Source of the DNA: Nitrosopumilus sp.
GTDB lineage: Archaea > Thermoproteota > Nitrososphaeria > Nitrososphaerales > Nitrosopumilaceae
Assembly (NCBI GenBank): GCA_965224195.1
Contig: OZ245040.1
Span: forward strand, 160,001 to 224,000
Length of the DNA: 64,000 nt
Reading direction: 5' to 3'
The notes below the pieces were generated by a model that was not told where the DNA came from, did no database searches, and saw only the letters and a program-made list of their open reading frames with translations. Of this stretch, positions 1 to 10,412 are shown piece by piece (the stretch's first letter is position 1; the number at the start of each line of letters is the position of its first letter). Both the position numbers and the translations under genes were made by a program.

Positions 1-84
1 AGATATGCAACAAACATTTTGATTAGATTAAAATTTTGAAAGACAAGTTACTAGAATAAATAGGAGAAGCTCTTCGGAAGATCC

Positions 85-1476
85 TTGAGTCAAATTACCA
101 CTGTAAATCCAGCAACAGGTGAAGATATTGCAAACTATTCTCCAATGGATAAGAATCAGGTATTTGATTTAGTAGGAAAAGCAAAAAGAGCATATCCAGA
201 ATGGAAAAAAGATTATGAGAAACGAAGAGGTTACGTTTACAATTTAGTTGAATATCTAAAGAAGAATAAAACAAAACTAGCAAAAATTGCTACATCTGAA
301 ATGGGTAAACCACTCAAAGAATCAATTGGAGAGGTTGAAAAATGTGCATGGGCTTTAGAATTTTATGCAGATCATGGAGATAGCTTTCTTTCTGATGAAG
401 TATTAAACACAGATGCAAGAAAAAGTTTTCTAACTTTTGAACCACTGGGAGTAATAGGCTCAATTATGCCATGGAATTTTCCTTATTGGCAAGCATTAAG
501 ATTTGCAGCTCCTTGTCTAATGGCAGGTAATGTGATTGTAATGAAACCCTCTAGAGTAACAATGCAATCAGGTATTGAAATTGAAAAGGCATTTACCGAA
601 TCTGGAATGCCTGATAGAATTTTTCAAACAGTAGTTGGAAGTGTAGAATCTGCAAATCATTTAATTGATTCTGACGTTAATGCAGTTACATTTACTGGCA
701 GTACTAATGCAGGTGCAAAAGTAGGCGAAAGAGCTGCAAAGCATTTAAAAAAATGTGTTTTGGAATTAGGAGGAAGTGATCCTTTCATAGTATTGGATGA
801 TGCAATTATTGAAAAAGCAGCAGAAGGTGCAGTCAAAGGCAGATTCATCAATTGTGGTCAAAGTTGTATTGCATCAAAAAGATTTTTTGTTGGGAAAAAT
901 ATTGCAGAAGAATTTATTGAGTTATTTATCAAGAAAGCATCTAAGCTCAAAATAGGTGATCCAATGTCAATTGAAACAGATATTGGTCCATTATCAAGTA
1001 AAGATGGATTAGAAACAATCTCTGGAATAGTTGAAGATGCAAAAGAGAAAGGTGCAGAAATTCTTCTTGGCGGTTCTCAAATAGAAGAAAAAGGATTCTT
1101 TTACAAACCAACTATCCTAAAAAATGTAAAACCAAATATGAGAATAGCACAAGAAGAAACTTTTGGACCAGTGGCTCCAATTACAATTGTTGAAAATGAA
1201 AGTGAGGCAGTTAAGTTAGCAAATGAGAGTGAATTTGGTCTTGGTGCAAGTATATGGACAAAAGATCTTGCTAAAGCAGATAAAATGTCTAGACGAATTG
1301 AATCAGGTATAGTAAGTGTCAATAATGTAGTAATTTCAGACCCACGAATTCCGTTTGGAGGGATAAAACATAGTGGATTTGGAAGGGAACTATCAAGATA
1401 TGGGATGTTAGAATTTATAAATTTGAAATCAGTTAGATTTTATGATAATTTAACACATCATCATTACGTAGAATAG
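85..1476 (+). CDS. NAD(P)-dependent aldehyde dehydrogenase (succinate-semialdehyde dehydrogenase-like)
   Basis: ALDH motifs PWNFP, FTGST, LELGGSDP, catalytic Cys in NCGQSC, EETFGP, PFGGIKHSG. Confidence 0.9.
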   Translation: MSQITTVNPATGEDIANYSPMDKNQVFDLVGKAKRAYPEWKKDYEKRRGYVYNLVEYLKKNKTKLAKIATSEMGKPLKESIGEVEKCAWALEFYADHGDSFLSDEVLNTDARKSFLTFEPLGVIGSIMPWNFPYWQALRFAAPCLMAGNVIVMKPSRVTMQSGIEIEKAFTESGMPDRIFQTVVGSVESANHLIDSDVNAVTFTGSTNAGAKVGERAAKHLKKCVLELGGSDPFIVLDDAIIEKAAEGAVKGRFINCGQSCIASKRFFVGKNIAEEFIELFIKKASKLKIGDPMSIETDIGPLSSKDGLETISGIVEDAKEKGAEILLGGSQIEEKGFFYKPTILKNVKPNMRIAQEETFGPVAPITIVENESEAVKLANESEFGLGASIWTKDLAKADKMSRRIESGIVSVNNVVISDPRIPFGGIKHSGFGRELSRYGMLEFINLKSVRFYDNLTHHHYVE

Positions 1477-1498
1477 ATTATTTTATTATTCTAAAATA

Positions 1499-1798
1499 TT
1501 AGTCGTCTGAATCAAAATCATCATCTAATTCTTCCTCTAAATCTTCATCATCATCACATTCTTCCAATTCAACATGTGTTGGATTGCCATCATCTCCAAA
1601 AAAAATCTCAACACAGACATCTGTAGCTAAAGTGGATACTAGAATTTCTGCAAGTTCTTTAGGAAAATTTCCTAATCTACTAGGATCTGATGAGTATCTA
1701 TAGGAGGTGATTTCATCTTCATGATAAAAATCAAATTCAATATCTCCATGAGTAAATTTTCTTACTGTTGTTACTTGACCAAATATACTGTGGGTCAA
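1499..1798 (-). CDS. Hypothetical protein with acidic C-terminus
   Basis: 99-aa ORF with TTG start, abutting the upstream hemerythrin gene; D/E-rich tail. Confidence 0.7.
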   Translation of the reverse strand: MTHSIFGQVTTVRKFTHGDIEFDFYHEDEITSYRYSSDPSRLGNFPKELAEILVSTLATDVCVEIFFGDDGNPTHVELEECDDDEDLEEELDDDFDSDD

Positions 1799-1800
1799 AT

Positions 1801-2357
1801 CTAACTACCTTGTTGAGAAATATCTTTTGTAAGATCTTCTGCTAGTTGTTCATAATGTTCCCTAGTTTTACCAATCTCATCAAGTTTTGATTTTTCAATT
1901 TCGGTTAATTCTTTATCAACTTTTTCTGAAACATATTGTAATCTTGCTTCTGCCATCATGAATAATTTATTATTCTCTTTCCACAAATGCTCAGTGATAT
2001 GTTCAACATATTGTTGCATATCACTCACTAATTTTGTTGAATCACCTGTTGAAAGATATTCTTTAGCTGACAATTCCATTTCTGCATCAATCTCTCGTGA
2101 GCGTTGATGATCAATTAGCATCATAGCAATTGGTCCCATGTTAGTAGGTAAACCAGCTTGCTCTAAAGCTGGAAATAATGATTTTTCTTCTTTACTATGA
2201 TGACAAACATCTGTAAAGTTTTTTGAAAAATCAATTACTGGTAATAATATTGATTCAGGAATCTGTTTACCATCATTTAGTAATTGAACAGTAGATTCCA
2301 TTGCTTTGATGACTTTTTCTATTAATTCGTGATCGCGTCTTAGTGATTAGTAGACAT
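1801..2357 (-). pseudogene. Hemerythrin HHE-domain protein, frameshifted at about codon 4
   Basis: HHSKEE, DHQRSR and EHLWKEN motifs. ATG at 2357 reads ATG TCT ACT AA TCA CTA AGA CGC GAT CAC; restoring one base gives MSTxSLRRDHELIEKVIKAMEST. Span is 557 nt, one short of a multiple of 3. Confidence 0.8.
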
Positions 2358-2455
2358 AATTAATTGAAATAAAATCCAATATCTATATCTTATTCATTTT
2401 AAAAAAATAATTAAAAGATAGAAATTAGTTAACTATGATTTGTTAACGTGTGGGT

Positions 2456-2695
2456 TTAACGATTAGAAAGGCTGTTTGCTTTAACAAATGTCCAAATCTT
2501 TTTGGTCATTTCACTTGGTGCAATTGGTTTCTTACCAAAGACTTGTTCTACTGTTTCAGAACGTCCTGCAAAACTAATTGCATATCCGCCAAATGCTGGT
2601 TTTTTAGATTTTAATTTGGTTGCTTTTCTTTTTGGAGCTGCTTTTCTTTTTGGAGCTGCTTTTCTTTTTGTTGTAGTTTTCTTTTTTACTGCCAT
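2456..2695 (-). CDS. Small basic protein: Lys-rich KRKAAP-repeat tail plus SWIB/MDM2-like domain
   Basis: N-terminal KKKTTTKRKAAPKRKAAPKRKAT; C-terminal PSEMTKKIWTFVKANSL resembles the SWIB consensus. Confidence 0.75.
   Translation of the reverse strand: MAVKKKTTTKRKAAPKRKAAPKRKATKLKSKKPAFGGYAISFAGRSETVEQVFGKKPIAPSEMTKKIWTFVKANSLSNR
2621..2670. repeat. 18-bp tandem repeat tgcttttctttttggagc, about 2.8 copies
   Basis: Direct repeats encoding KRKAAP on the minus strand. Confidence 0.85.
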
Positions 2696-2730
2696 TTCTT
2701 GTAATTTTATTTCAAAGAAAGTATAATAAC

Positions 2731-3387
2731 TTACACTTTTAGATAATTCAAAACAAGATGACTTTTGAGCCTCTTGACAGATTTGAGTTGTAGATTTGGG
2801 GATTTAGAGATTTTATCAAATCCACTACCTTGAACAAAGGATATCGAATCATTTCCTCCAATTACAAAAGGAGAAAGCGTAATTATTAATTCATCAAATA
2901 TATTTTGTTTAATAAATTCCCAATTCACTGTACCACCACCTTCAACCAATATTGTTTTGATTTTTTTCTCTGAAAGTTTTTTTAATAGAGATTTGATATT
3001 GACTGACTTTTCTCCAGTAACAATTACTTGGACTGGGAAATTTTTTAATTTTTGAAGATTTAATTTGGTAATTTTTTTTGATACAGCTATTATGGTTGGC
3101 ACGTTTACAGATGTTTGCAAAATTTTTGATTTAATAGAAATATCACCTTTAGAATCTAAAATTATCCTAATAGGGTTTTTTCCTTTAGTATAACGTACAG
3201 TTAACAAAGGATCATCACGCATTAGAGTATTTTTTCCAATAATTATTGCATCAGCTTTTGTTCTTAGTTTGTGTAATCTATGAAGATCTTGATTGGAAGA
3301 AAATTTTGAATCTCCTGTTTTAGTAGCAATTTTTCCATCAACAGATATTGCTGCACTCAAAATAATATATGGCTTAAATTTTTCCAT
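2731..3387 (-). CDS. arfC: 2,5-diamino-6-ribosylamino-4(3H)-pyrimidinone 5'-phosphate reductase (RibD C-terminal / ArfC type)
   Basis: SVDGKIA, DDPLLTVR, VEGGGTVNW; within the riboflavin cluster. Confidence 0.88.
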   Translation of the reverse strand: MEKFKPYIILSAAISVDGKIATKTGDSKFSSNQDLHRLHKLRTKADAIIIGKNTLMRDDPLLTVRYTKGKNPIRIILDSKGDISIKSKILQTSVNVPTIIAVSKKITKLNLQKLKNFPVQVIVTGEKSVNIKSLLKKLSEKKIKTILVEGGGTVNWEFIKQNIFDELIITLSPFVIGGNDSISFVQGSGFDKISKSPNLQLKSVKRLKSHLVLNYLKV

Positions 3388-4564
3388 GTACTATTTTTCC
3401 TCCAATCATTACTGCCTTTATTGTAGATTCAGATGCTCTATGTACAATTGATGCATGTGGATCATGTATTGGTTCTAAATCTAATGCATGTTTATCTAAA
3501 AATATACAATCAGCAAATTTTCCAGATTCAATACTTCCAATATTTTTATTTAAAATTTTTCCACCATTTACAGTTGCCATTTTAAGAATTTCTTTAGCAT
3601 CAATTCTTTTTTTATGTAACCCCATAGTTACTTTCCAAATAAAATCCATTTCTCTAAACATGTCAGGAGAGTTTATCATCACATTATCTGTGCCTAAAGC
3701 TAGAATACATCCAGATTTTTGTATTAAATCAATATCAGGAATTCCTTCAGCAAGCGATGAATTAGCTCTAGGACAAATTACAATACCTCTTGTTTTTTTA
3801 GATGTGATTTCAAGATCAGATTTTGAGGCATATGTCATGTGAACTAAAAAGTCAGGTTTTAGTGTTAAAGCTCTAATTATTTCAGATTTTCCAGTTATTT
3901 TTTTTGATTGAGTAATACTTTGTTTAGTTTCAGCAGAATGAATTGCTCTAATTTTTGATATTTTTGAATAATAATTCAATACAGAATTACTGTTTTCATT
4001 TGCACCACTCACACCAATGCCATCACATTTTTTGAGTAGTTCAAATAATTCAGAAGATTTTACGCTTGGAAATGATAAATTTTTTCTAATTTCTTTAGCA
4101 TCTTGATAAAATTCCATTCGACCTAAAATTATTGAACGTAAAGGAACATCTTCAAGGACTTTTTTTAATAAAATGACACCATCTAGCCCACCTTCCCTAA
4201 AATCAACAAACGTAGTAATTCCCTTTCTAAGCATTGAATGGCAAGTATTTTTCATAAAATTTCCCAGTATTTCATTTGATGTGTTTTTTAGAATTTTTGA
4301 TTTTGCTCCAAAGACTGGATGAATTTTTTCATTTACTGTATTGTTTAAAGAAACATCTTTTCCTACAGAATCTCCAATATGCGTATGAGCATTAATGAAT
4401 CCAGGTATCATTAAGAGTCCTTCACAATCTACACATTCTTCTTTTAAAATTGGTTTAATTTTTGAATGAATTTTTTTAAATTTATTGTTTTGAATTCTGA
4501 TATCAGTATTTGAAACATAATCTAATTCTTGACCAGTTAAAGCACTGATATTTTTTATTAACAT
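3374..4564 (-). CDS. Metal-dependent amidohydrolase/deaminase
   Basis: PGFINAHTH, IHSAE, LVHM, LGTDN, ATVNGG; overlaps both flanking rib genes. Confidence 0.85.
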   Translation of the reverse strand: MLIKNISALTGQELDYVSNTDIRIQNNKFKKIHSKIKPILKEECVDCEGLLMIPGFINAHTHIGDSVGKDVSLNNTVNEKIHPVFGAKSKILKNTSNEILGNFMKNTCHSMLRKGITTFVDFREGGLDGVILLKKVLEDVPLRSIILGRMEFYQDAKEIRKNLSFPSVKSSELFELLKKCDGIGVSGANENSNSVLNYYSKISKIRAIHSAETKQSITQSKKITGKSEIIRALTLKPDFLVHMTYASKSDLEITSKKTRGIVICPRANSSLAEGIPDIDLIQKSGCILALGTDNVMINSPDMFREMDFIWKVTMGLHKKRIDAKEILKMATVNGGKILNKNIGSIESGKFADCIFLDKHALDLEPIHDPHASIVHRASESTIKAVMIGGKIVHGKI

Positions 4565-5310
4565 GATAATTCATAAACTTCAGGTTTTTCTTTCCCTGAA
4601 TCACGAATTTTACGTATTGTATCAAGAGATTTTGTGGCTAATTTTACTGCCTCTCTACCGGTATTTGCATTACCAATGCCACAATTCAATAAAATCTCAT
4701 CTTCATTTTTTTCAAGATTAATGAAATCTTGAACGGATTCTTTTGCTTCATCAGTCGATACAACCATAAAATTATCTCCACCCATAAAAAATGTAAGAGA
4801 ATTTTTTTCTAAAAAGAATTTAGACATTTTTGAATACAATCCAAAAATTATTGATAAAATTTCATAAGGAGAATTAGTTTTTCGTTTGGATGTAAGATCA
4901 TCAACATCTAGATGCATTATTGAAACTTTACAATCAAATTTATCATAAACAAAACCAAAAATATTATGTTCAAGGTTTAAAACAATTTTATTTTGTTTTC
5001 CTTCATATGCTTTAAGATTTGCTTCAAAAGGTGAATTGCCATAACCGATAGAAATGGTTAATCCAACTACAAATAATTTTTTAAGAGTTTTTTGAATTTG
5101 AATATGTTCCTCTAAATCTAAGCCATTTGAAACTACAAAAAATTCATCTCCTCTATTTAGAAAAACTATGCAATTTTTTTCAGAAAATAATCTTTGCACT
5201 TCTTTGTAGATAGATGCTTGAAGCATTTGCAGTTCATGTTCTCTATCACTACCAAGAGTTAGTGTCCATGTACCATATTCTGTGATTTTTAAAATGCTTA
5301 GTTGAATCAT
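4558..5310 (-). CDS. gch3: GTP cyclohydrolase III
   Basis: YGTWTLTLGSDREHELQMLQA, FMGGDNF, CGIG motifs of archaeal GCH III. Confidence 0.88.
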   Translation of the reverse strand: MIQLSILKITEYGTWTLTLGSDREHELQMLQASIYKEVQRLFSEKNCIVFLNRGDEFFVVSNGLDLEEHIQIQKTLKKLFVVGLTISIGYGNSPFEANLKAYEGKQNKIVLNLEHNIFGFVYDKFDCKVSIMHLDVDDLTSKRKTNSPYEILSIIFGLYSKMSKFFLEKNSLTFFMGGDNFMVVSTDEAKESVQDFINLEKNEDEILLNCGIGNANTGREAVKLATKSLDTIRKIRDSGKEKPEVYELSC

Positions 5311-5723
5311 TTTTGAATCCTTTTTAATTCATCAGAAATTTTTACAACTGCTTCTACTGCTCGTTCTGCAACGGGTCTAATTCTGGCATAAGCATGTCTT
5401 TCCTGCATTCCTGGACCTGAAATTCCTAAAGATACAGGTTTTTGATATTTTAATGACAAATCTGTTAATGCTTGGGCAGCTGCATGTGAGATTACTTCAT
5501 CATGTTTTGTTTGCCCCTTAATGATAGCACCCAAGGTGACTACAGCATCAATATCTTTTTTCTGCAATAATGAATCAACTATGATAGGCATATCATAGGC
5601 TCCTAGAACCATACAAGTGAAAGATATTTTTAATTTCATTAGTTCTGCTTTTTCTTTAGCAATAGAAAGCATTCTAGACGTTATTTCCTCATTGAATTCC
5701 GAAACTACTATTGCTATGTTCAA
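5307..5723 (-). CDS. ribH: 6,7-dimethyl-8-ribityllumazine synthase
   Basis: IVVSEFN, GAYDMP, LGAIIKGQTKHD. Confidence 0.92.
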   Translation of the reverse strand: MNIAIVVSEFNEEITSRMLSIAKEKAELMKLKISFTCMVLGAYDMPIIVDSLLQKKDIDAVVTLGAIIKGQTKHDEVISHAAAQALTDLSLKYQKPVSLGISGPGMQERHAYARIRPVAERAVEAVVKISDELKRIQK

Positions 5724-5725
5724 AA

Positions 5726-6391
5726 CTAATTCACCTTAGCGTATTCTAGTAACTCTTTTCCATCAATCAATGGAATTCCGTTTTGTTTTGCAAATTTTTC
5801 AGCCTTATCCACAGATAATGCGGTATAAGTTTCAGCATCCATCATTTCACATATTGCAGTTACCGGAGTTAAACCTGCAATTTGTGCTAAATAAACAGAC
5901 ATCTCTGTATGTCCTTGGCGTGCAGCTAACAAACCTTTGGATGCTATCAATAGTGGAACATGTCCAGGAGTTTTAAAAGATGATGCAAATTTTTTCTGTT
6001 TGTTTTCAACATTATAGATTTTTGCCATTTCATTAATTGTCAATGCCCTATCTTTATCAGTAATTCCGGTGTATGTTTGGTAATGATTTACAGATAATGA
6101 AAAAGTTGGATGATCTCCATAAGGAGCTAATCCCATAATCATCTCTTTGTTTGAAATTGAAGACTCGGCAAGAATTTCATGCATATATTGTAAATCAAGA
6201 GATGCTGCAAAATTATTCTCAATTGCAATGCATAATAGTCCACCAGCATGCTGACGCATTCTTGCAACATGTTCAGGAGTCACAAATTCTGCAGCCACTA
6301 CCATATCAATTTCATTTTCTCTCCCTGCAGAGTCAAACAATAAAACAAATTCTTCACGTTTCAAAGATTGTAACGCAAAGTCAAGTGACAT
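5726..6391 (-). CDS. ribB: 3,4-dihydroxy-2-butanone-4-phosphate synthase
   Basis: DSAGRENEID, TGITDKDRA, PGHVP, RQGHTE, ICEMM. Confidence 0.93.
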   Translation of the reverse strand: MSLDFALQSLKREEFVLLFDSAGRENEIDMVVAAEFVTPEHVARMRQHAGGLLCIAIENNFAASLDLQYMHEILAESSISNKEMIMGLAPYGDHPTFSLSVNHYQTYTGITDKDRALTINEMAKIYNVENKQKKFASSFKTPGHVPLLIASKGLLAARQGHTEMSVYLAQIAGLTPVTAICEMMDAETYTALSVDKAEKFAKQNGIPLIDGKELLEYAKVN

Positions 6392-6468
6392 ATGAAAAAA
6401 CTTCTTAATCTAATTATAAAGTTTACTAAAAAATTGGTAGTTACCACTAAATTTGTAGATAATTGGCT

Positions 6469-7053
6469 TTACTTTAAGATATATTTGCCAAGAATGTCAG
6501 TTTCAATATTAACTTTATCGCCAACCTTTTTTGTGTAAAAATTTGTAACCTCAACTGTATGAGGTATCAAAGATATTGAGGCTAGTGAATTTTTTATGTC
6601 GACAACTGTCAAACTAATTCCATCTATAGCGATAGAACCTTTTTTCACTACAAATTTAGATAACTTTTTTGGAACTTCAAACCAAACTTGTACTTCTTTA
6701 GGTTTTTTTAGAATTTTTTTAATTATTGCAACGCCATCTACATGACCTAAAACAAAATGCCCTTCAAGTCTATCACCTGCTTTTAAACTACGTTCAATAT
6801 TTACAATTCCTCCAATCTTTAAATTTCCAAGATCAGTTTTTTTGGTAGTCTCTTCGATCATTTCAAAAATACAACTTGATTTAGAAAGTTTAGTTGCGGT
6901 AAGACAAACTCCATTTAGAGCAACACTTTGTCCAATTTTTAGCCCTTTTGCATGTTTTCCTAAATTTATAGTCATTTGAATAGCACTTCTATTTTTTGTA
7001 TTTTTAGAAATTTTTTCTACTTTACCAATTCCTTCAACAATTCCAGTAAACAT
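6469..7053 (-). CDS. ribE: Riboflavin synthase (bacterial-type alpha chain)
   Basis: N-terminal MFTGIVE, NGVCLT, GHFVLGHVD, DGISLTV, VNIETD. Confidence 0.93.
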   Translation of the reverse strand: MFTGIVEGIGKVEKISKNTKNRSAIQMTINLGKHAKGLKIGQSVALNGVCLTATKLSKSSCIFEMIEETTKKTDLGNLKIGGIVNIERSLKAGDRLEGHFVLGHVDGVAIIKKILKKPKEVQVWFEVPKKLSKFVVKKGSIAIDGISLTVVDIKNSLASISLIPHTVEVTNFYTKKVGDKVNIETDILGKYILK

Positions 7054-7122
7054 TAGAACATCTATAAATCATATCTATAAAATCCTTCACGTATTTACAA
7101 ATAATTTAGATTATCTACAAAA

Positions 7123-7827
7123 TTATTCAGAATCTGACGTCTTAAATTCATCATTACAAAATTGATGAAAAATAGAACATTTATTTTTCTTTGCGTCGTT
7201 TTTAATTTTTTCCATATCCTTATTGAGAACTCCTTGAACAGCTAAAAACGCATCATCATCCATTTTCAATTTTTCAAATAAGCATGATTTGGCAAGTGAG
7301 AGTTCTTTTAATTTTGGATCAATCATTTGTGCTTTATCATAGTAATCTATGGCATCATGATAGTTTTCTAAATGACTTAATGAAATTGCTTTATTCATTA
7401 AAGCCGTAACATCGTTTGAATCTATTAGGAGTGATGTATCATAGCATTCAAGGGCTTCTTTATGACGATTTAATTCATTTAGCGACAAACCCATACTGTT
7501 TAGAGCCCATGTATCCTTTGAATTAGTTGAAAGAATTTGCTGACATAATTCTAAAACTTGTTCATATTGTTTCAAATTTTCAAGAGCAAAAATCTTATTT
7601 TTTAAGGCATATGTATCAAAATTTTTTATTTCTAAAACCTTATTGCAATAATCAATAGATTCTTCATATTTTTTCAGATAAATCAAAGATAATGAGATGT
7701 TTTGTAATGCAAGCATATCATTTGGAATTTTTTCCAGCAATCCTTTGCAATATGTGTACATCTCCTCATATTTTTTAGCATTGAACATACTAGTTATCAC
7801 ACTTGAAGGATCAAGAAGATCTACCAT
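7123..7827 (-). CDS. Tetratricopeptide repeat protein
   Basis: Repeated ~34-aa TPR units (ALxN...Y/HxEAxxxYDxxL). Confidence 0.85.
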   Translation of the reverse strand: MVDLLDPSSVITSMFNAKKYEEMYTYCKGLLEKIPNDMLALQNISLSLIYLKKYEESIDYCNKVLEIKNFDTYALKNKIFALENLKQYEQVLELCQQILSTNSKDTWALNSMGLSLNELNRHKEALECYDTSLLIDSNDVTALMNKAISLSHLENYHDAIDYYDKAQMIDPKLKELSLAKSCLFEKLKMDDDAFLAVQGVLNKDMEKIKNDAKKNKCSIFHQFCNDEFKTSDSE

Positions 7828-7893
7828 CGTATATTTAGAGAATTTTCATTATCTTTAATCTATTCTAATTAAATAGAAATTTAAAAAATTGAA

Positions 7894-8037
7894 TTATTTC
7901 AAAGTTTTACGAAGTGTTTCATTCAAAACTTTAGAATAACTATATGACGATTGTTCTTGTTGAATTAGTTTTGCTTGACGTAGTCTAAGTTTTTTGTCAA
8001 GATCCTCATCAATCATTATTGTTACACGTTTACCCAT
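7894..8037 (-). CDS. 47-aa ribbon-helix-helix-like DNA-binding protein (not in ORF track)
   Basis: Manual translation [47 protein letters not shown]; RHH strand pattern KRVTIMI. Confidence 0.75.
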   Translation of the reverse strand: MGKRVTIMIDEDLDKKLRLRQAKLIQQEQSSYSYSKVLNETLRKTLK

Positions 8038-8084
8038 TTGTATCAAAAGTATTGTATGAAATTTTCAATATAAAACTATCTGGC

Positions 8085-8261
8085 TATCCTGAAAGTAAAA
8101 TTGAGGAACTAGTTAGAAAGAATTTTGACATGAAACCATCTGGAATCATATCTCAATTAGATTTGAAAAGACCTATTTACAAAAAAACTGCTGCTTATGG
8201 TCATTTTGGAAGAAATGAGCCAGAGTTTACTTGGGAAAAACCGATAAATCTAAAACATTAA
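8085..8261 (+). pseudogene. metK: 3' fragment of bacterial-type S-adenosylmethionine synthetase
   Basis: [30 protein letters not shown]...FTWEK is the MetK C-terminus; the rest of the gene is absent; left edge approximate. Confidence 0.85.
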
Positions 8262-8297
8262 AGCAACCTGCCGGATTGTAATAATTTTGGGTGATTA

Positions 8298-10362
8298 TCA
8301 ATTATATGGTAGTGAGGTAGGAGCACCTGACACGCCATCTGAATCTATTGCAGTGACTGTGACTGAACTGCACGACTGGATAGTGGCGTAAAGATCTTTT
8401 AAATAAGAAGTGTCTCTGTTTGATGGAGTACCAAATTCACTTATCCTCTGCGCTGTTAAAGTAAAACTACCAGTAACTTGGGTGTTAGTAGTACAGGTGT
8501 AATCTATTCTATAACTAGCAGTTGGTGAAACATTTGGTAGAGTGGATGGATACCATTTTTCGAGTGAGAGGATATTAAAATGTGTGTAATAGCTGCCACC
8601 CTCAATAGGACCTGGATAGGATGATTTTACAGCAACAGGACTGTGCATACCATCAGTGTTTTCGGCATGTATACCAACATTACATTTGGTGGTTGGGTTA
8701 GCATCAGCTGAATCAGTAAGCCTTGCTTGTGTAACACCATCAGATTGTGTTATGGTTTTAACACCATCTGTACCATCATTGCAGCTAAAAGTCACCTCAT
8801 AATGCTTGAGAGAGCCAGAGCCAAAGGATGCAGGTGCATCCCAATCCAGCAGGACACCATAGTCCGTGCTAAACCGAAGATTCGTGGGTGCAGGTGGAGC
8901 AGTAAGTGGACTAAGGTCTACAAGAGTACTGGTACTGTCAGAGTTTGAAGCTGCAACTGAGACTGAACTGCATGAGTCAATCTCATACGAGGCAGTAAGG
9001 AGAACAAATGGGTCTGCCAGTGCATCGTATTGTAATACAGTATACGTAGACGTACCAGTATCAGCAGCTCCACTAACAGGTGCGCATGTGTAAGTTACAG
9101 CATAGGATGCCAGTGGGGAGGTTCCGGTGCTGAGAGGAGCAGTCCATTTTTTTACCTTGAGCTTCTCGCCATCAATGGCATAGCCCCCACCAGTGATAGG
9201 ATCAGGTGCTACTGGTTGCGATACAGGTGGTGTAGCATCTGCGTTATGAGATGGTACCGTATATTCAATAATAGTAACGCGATGTACAAATTCAATATCG
9301 GCATCTGTACCATAGTATAGAGTGAGTGCAATAGTATACGTATATCCAGGAACAATGTCTTTAATTATGTGTGATGTTGATCTATTGCCATCTACAAAGT
9401 TCTTCGTACCAAAAGGTATGAATCCGGATGAACCCTCAGTTGGATCATTCCATTCCAGATTATAAGCAAATACATCACTGGATATTGGATGCCATGACAC
9501 CTCGATTGCATCACTGCCATCCATTGCAGCAGTTAATTGTATATTATCTGGTAGGTCTTTTAGAGGGGCGGTTAATGTAATTGTACTATTAATACCACCA
9601 CTATTAAGATATATTGGAGTTACATGAAACGTGCATAAGCCGTTTATATCCAAATTATCTATAGACGTAAATGTAAAGTCAGTAGTAAAGGTAGTATAGG
9701 TATTACCAGTAGCAGGACAATTGTATGAGATACTATAATAATGTACTACTTTATTATCTGAATTTGCTGGTGCTTTCCATGTTAAAGTGACTTTACTATC
9801 ACCTGTTTTTTCTATCTCTAAATTTTGTACTTTAGGATGATCTGATGATGCATCATCTGCAGTTGTTGTCGGGGATTGTCTGGTCTCCCTGATTTTGGGC
9901 TGCTCTGCTGCATTATCGTTATTGTCATTGCCGTTAATATTATTGTTAATATTATAATTATCATTATTATTTGCAGGCAGTACAACTGTCACATTATCAG
10001 ACCTGCCATTATCGACATCATATGCCCTGATGTGAACTTTACATGACTTATCATTAGCCACACCAAACGTGTAGAATGTATCACTGCCTGAAACCTTTAC
10101 CTTCTTTTGCTTCTTGCCATTAGAATCATCTGTATATGACAGGCACTTGCTTTTTATGAAATAGTTCTCAATGCCTTCCTGCGCATCCCACGATAACGTG
10201 GCAGTTGTACCATCACCGCTGCGCGCTATTGCAACATTTTGTGGGAGACCCCCCCCCCCCCGCTTTTAATGCAAATGCTTCAGAGGACTGGGCTGCAGTT
10301 AGTGCAACTACGGTAATCATTGTTACTGCCAAAACTGCAACCAAAAATATGTTAATGCTCAA
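8298..10362 (-). CDS. Secreted fibronectin type III repeat surface protein, out of frame at a G13 tract
   Basis: TTG at 10362 gives signal peptide MSINIFLVAVLAVTMITVVALTAAQSSEAFA; after the G13 run (10249-10261) the FN3 frame reads LPQNVAI...ATLSWD and continues into the 587-aa ORF; repeated LxW..P..Y FN3 patterns; visibly more GC-rich than flanks. Confidence 0.8.
10249..10261. repeat. C13 (G13 on coding strand) homopolymer
   Basis: 13 consecutive C in an AT-rich background. Confidence 0.95.
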
Positions 10363-10412
10363 TGAGTTCCCTGCATTGCATGGACTATAAAAATATTTTT
10401 ATCTGTGGTTCT

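Noticed and set aside
8019-8084. N-terminus of the 80-aa ORF as a real protein start
   Set aside because: It overlaps the RHH gene start and promoter on the opposite strand; only the downstream part is MetK-like
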